NCBI GenBank assembly: GCA_030601865.1
Contig: JAUWAW010000001.1
Coordinates: 46,433-110,432 of the forward strand
DNA: 64,000 nt
Source: Candidatus Nealsonbacteria bacterium
Lineage (GTDB): Bacteria > Patescibacteriota > Minisyncoccia > Minisyncoccales > JAUWAW01
Direction: 5' to 3'
Part shown: piece after piece, positions 63,883 to 64,000 of the stretch
Position numbering within the stretch: position 1 is the stretch's first letter
How the letters are laid out: the number at the start of each line of letters is the position of its first letter
Notes under the pieces: model-generated
Database searches by the model: none
What the model saw: only the letters and a program-made list of their open reading frames with translations
What the model was told of the DNA's origin: nothing
Position numbers and translations under genes: made by a program

Positions 63883-64000
63883 TTATTCATAATCCGGTGG
63901 AATTTGCCAATAATCAATGATATATTTGGCTAATTGTTGAAAAATAGGCACAGCCGAGTATTCAGCTGTTCTTGTTTTTGGATTGTTTAGTTTTATTAAG
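63883..64000 (-). CDS. 3' end of an upstream minus-strand gene (partial; product unknown)
   Basis: Open frame ending ...AEYSAVPIFQQLAKYIIDYWQIPPDYE* with its stop at 63883..63885. Too short to classify. Confidence 0.3.
   Translation of the reverse strand, partial: LIKLNNPKTRTAEYSAVPIFQQLAKYIIDYWQIPPDYE

Overview
AT-rich (by eye roughly 35-40% GC), gene-dense bacterial chromosome segment with about 65 genes and only short intergenic spacers. Content is dominated by information-processing and tRNA-modification genes (dnaE, thrS, miaB-miaA fusion, gatB, rplK-nusG-secE, gyrB, pheS/pheT, rnj, trpS, ychF, rpsF-ssb-rpsR, recA, clp ATPase, thiI-mnmA-iscU-iscS, lepA, dnaB, recR, rplU, rmuC, murF). 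Two tRNAs are present (Leu-CAG, Ala-CGC). There is no CRISPR array, no rRNA, and no transposase or integrase. The LamG-pilin, membrane-anchored enzymes, frequent lack of Shine-Dalgarno sequences and truncated domain architectures suggest a small-genome CPR/Patescibacteria-like lineage; that is inference. The most striking signal is that several distinct families of GC-rich perfect or near-perfect palindromic elements pepper the window. They sit at gene junctions and also inside essential genes in frame and stop-free, adding short peptide segments: rnhB, miaB-miaA (three times), thrS, mnmA (twice), the MEMO-AMMECR1 gene (twice), yraN, murF, speE-like, the dcd C-terminus and the rplU C-terminus. 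This resembles the Rickettsia RPE-like in-frame palindromic invasion. Other notable content: a dCTP deaminase / tandem MazG / MtrA-like (corrinoid/pterin-type fold) / archaeal-type ThyA / DeoC cluster that may be a non-canonical thymidylate module; a MiaB(minus TRAM)-MiaA fusion; a membrane-anchored AmmeMemoRadiSam operon with a CcdA/TauE-like membrane protein; a LamG-pilin gene between pheS and a split or frameshifted pheT; an LPXTG protein plus sortase; a compositionally deviant (GC-rich) lepA; and a wHTH/Cas2-like or PaaX-like gene bracketed by direct repeats with an iteron-like tandem array upstream.
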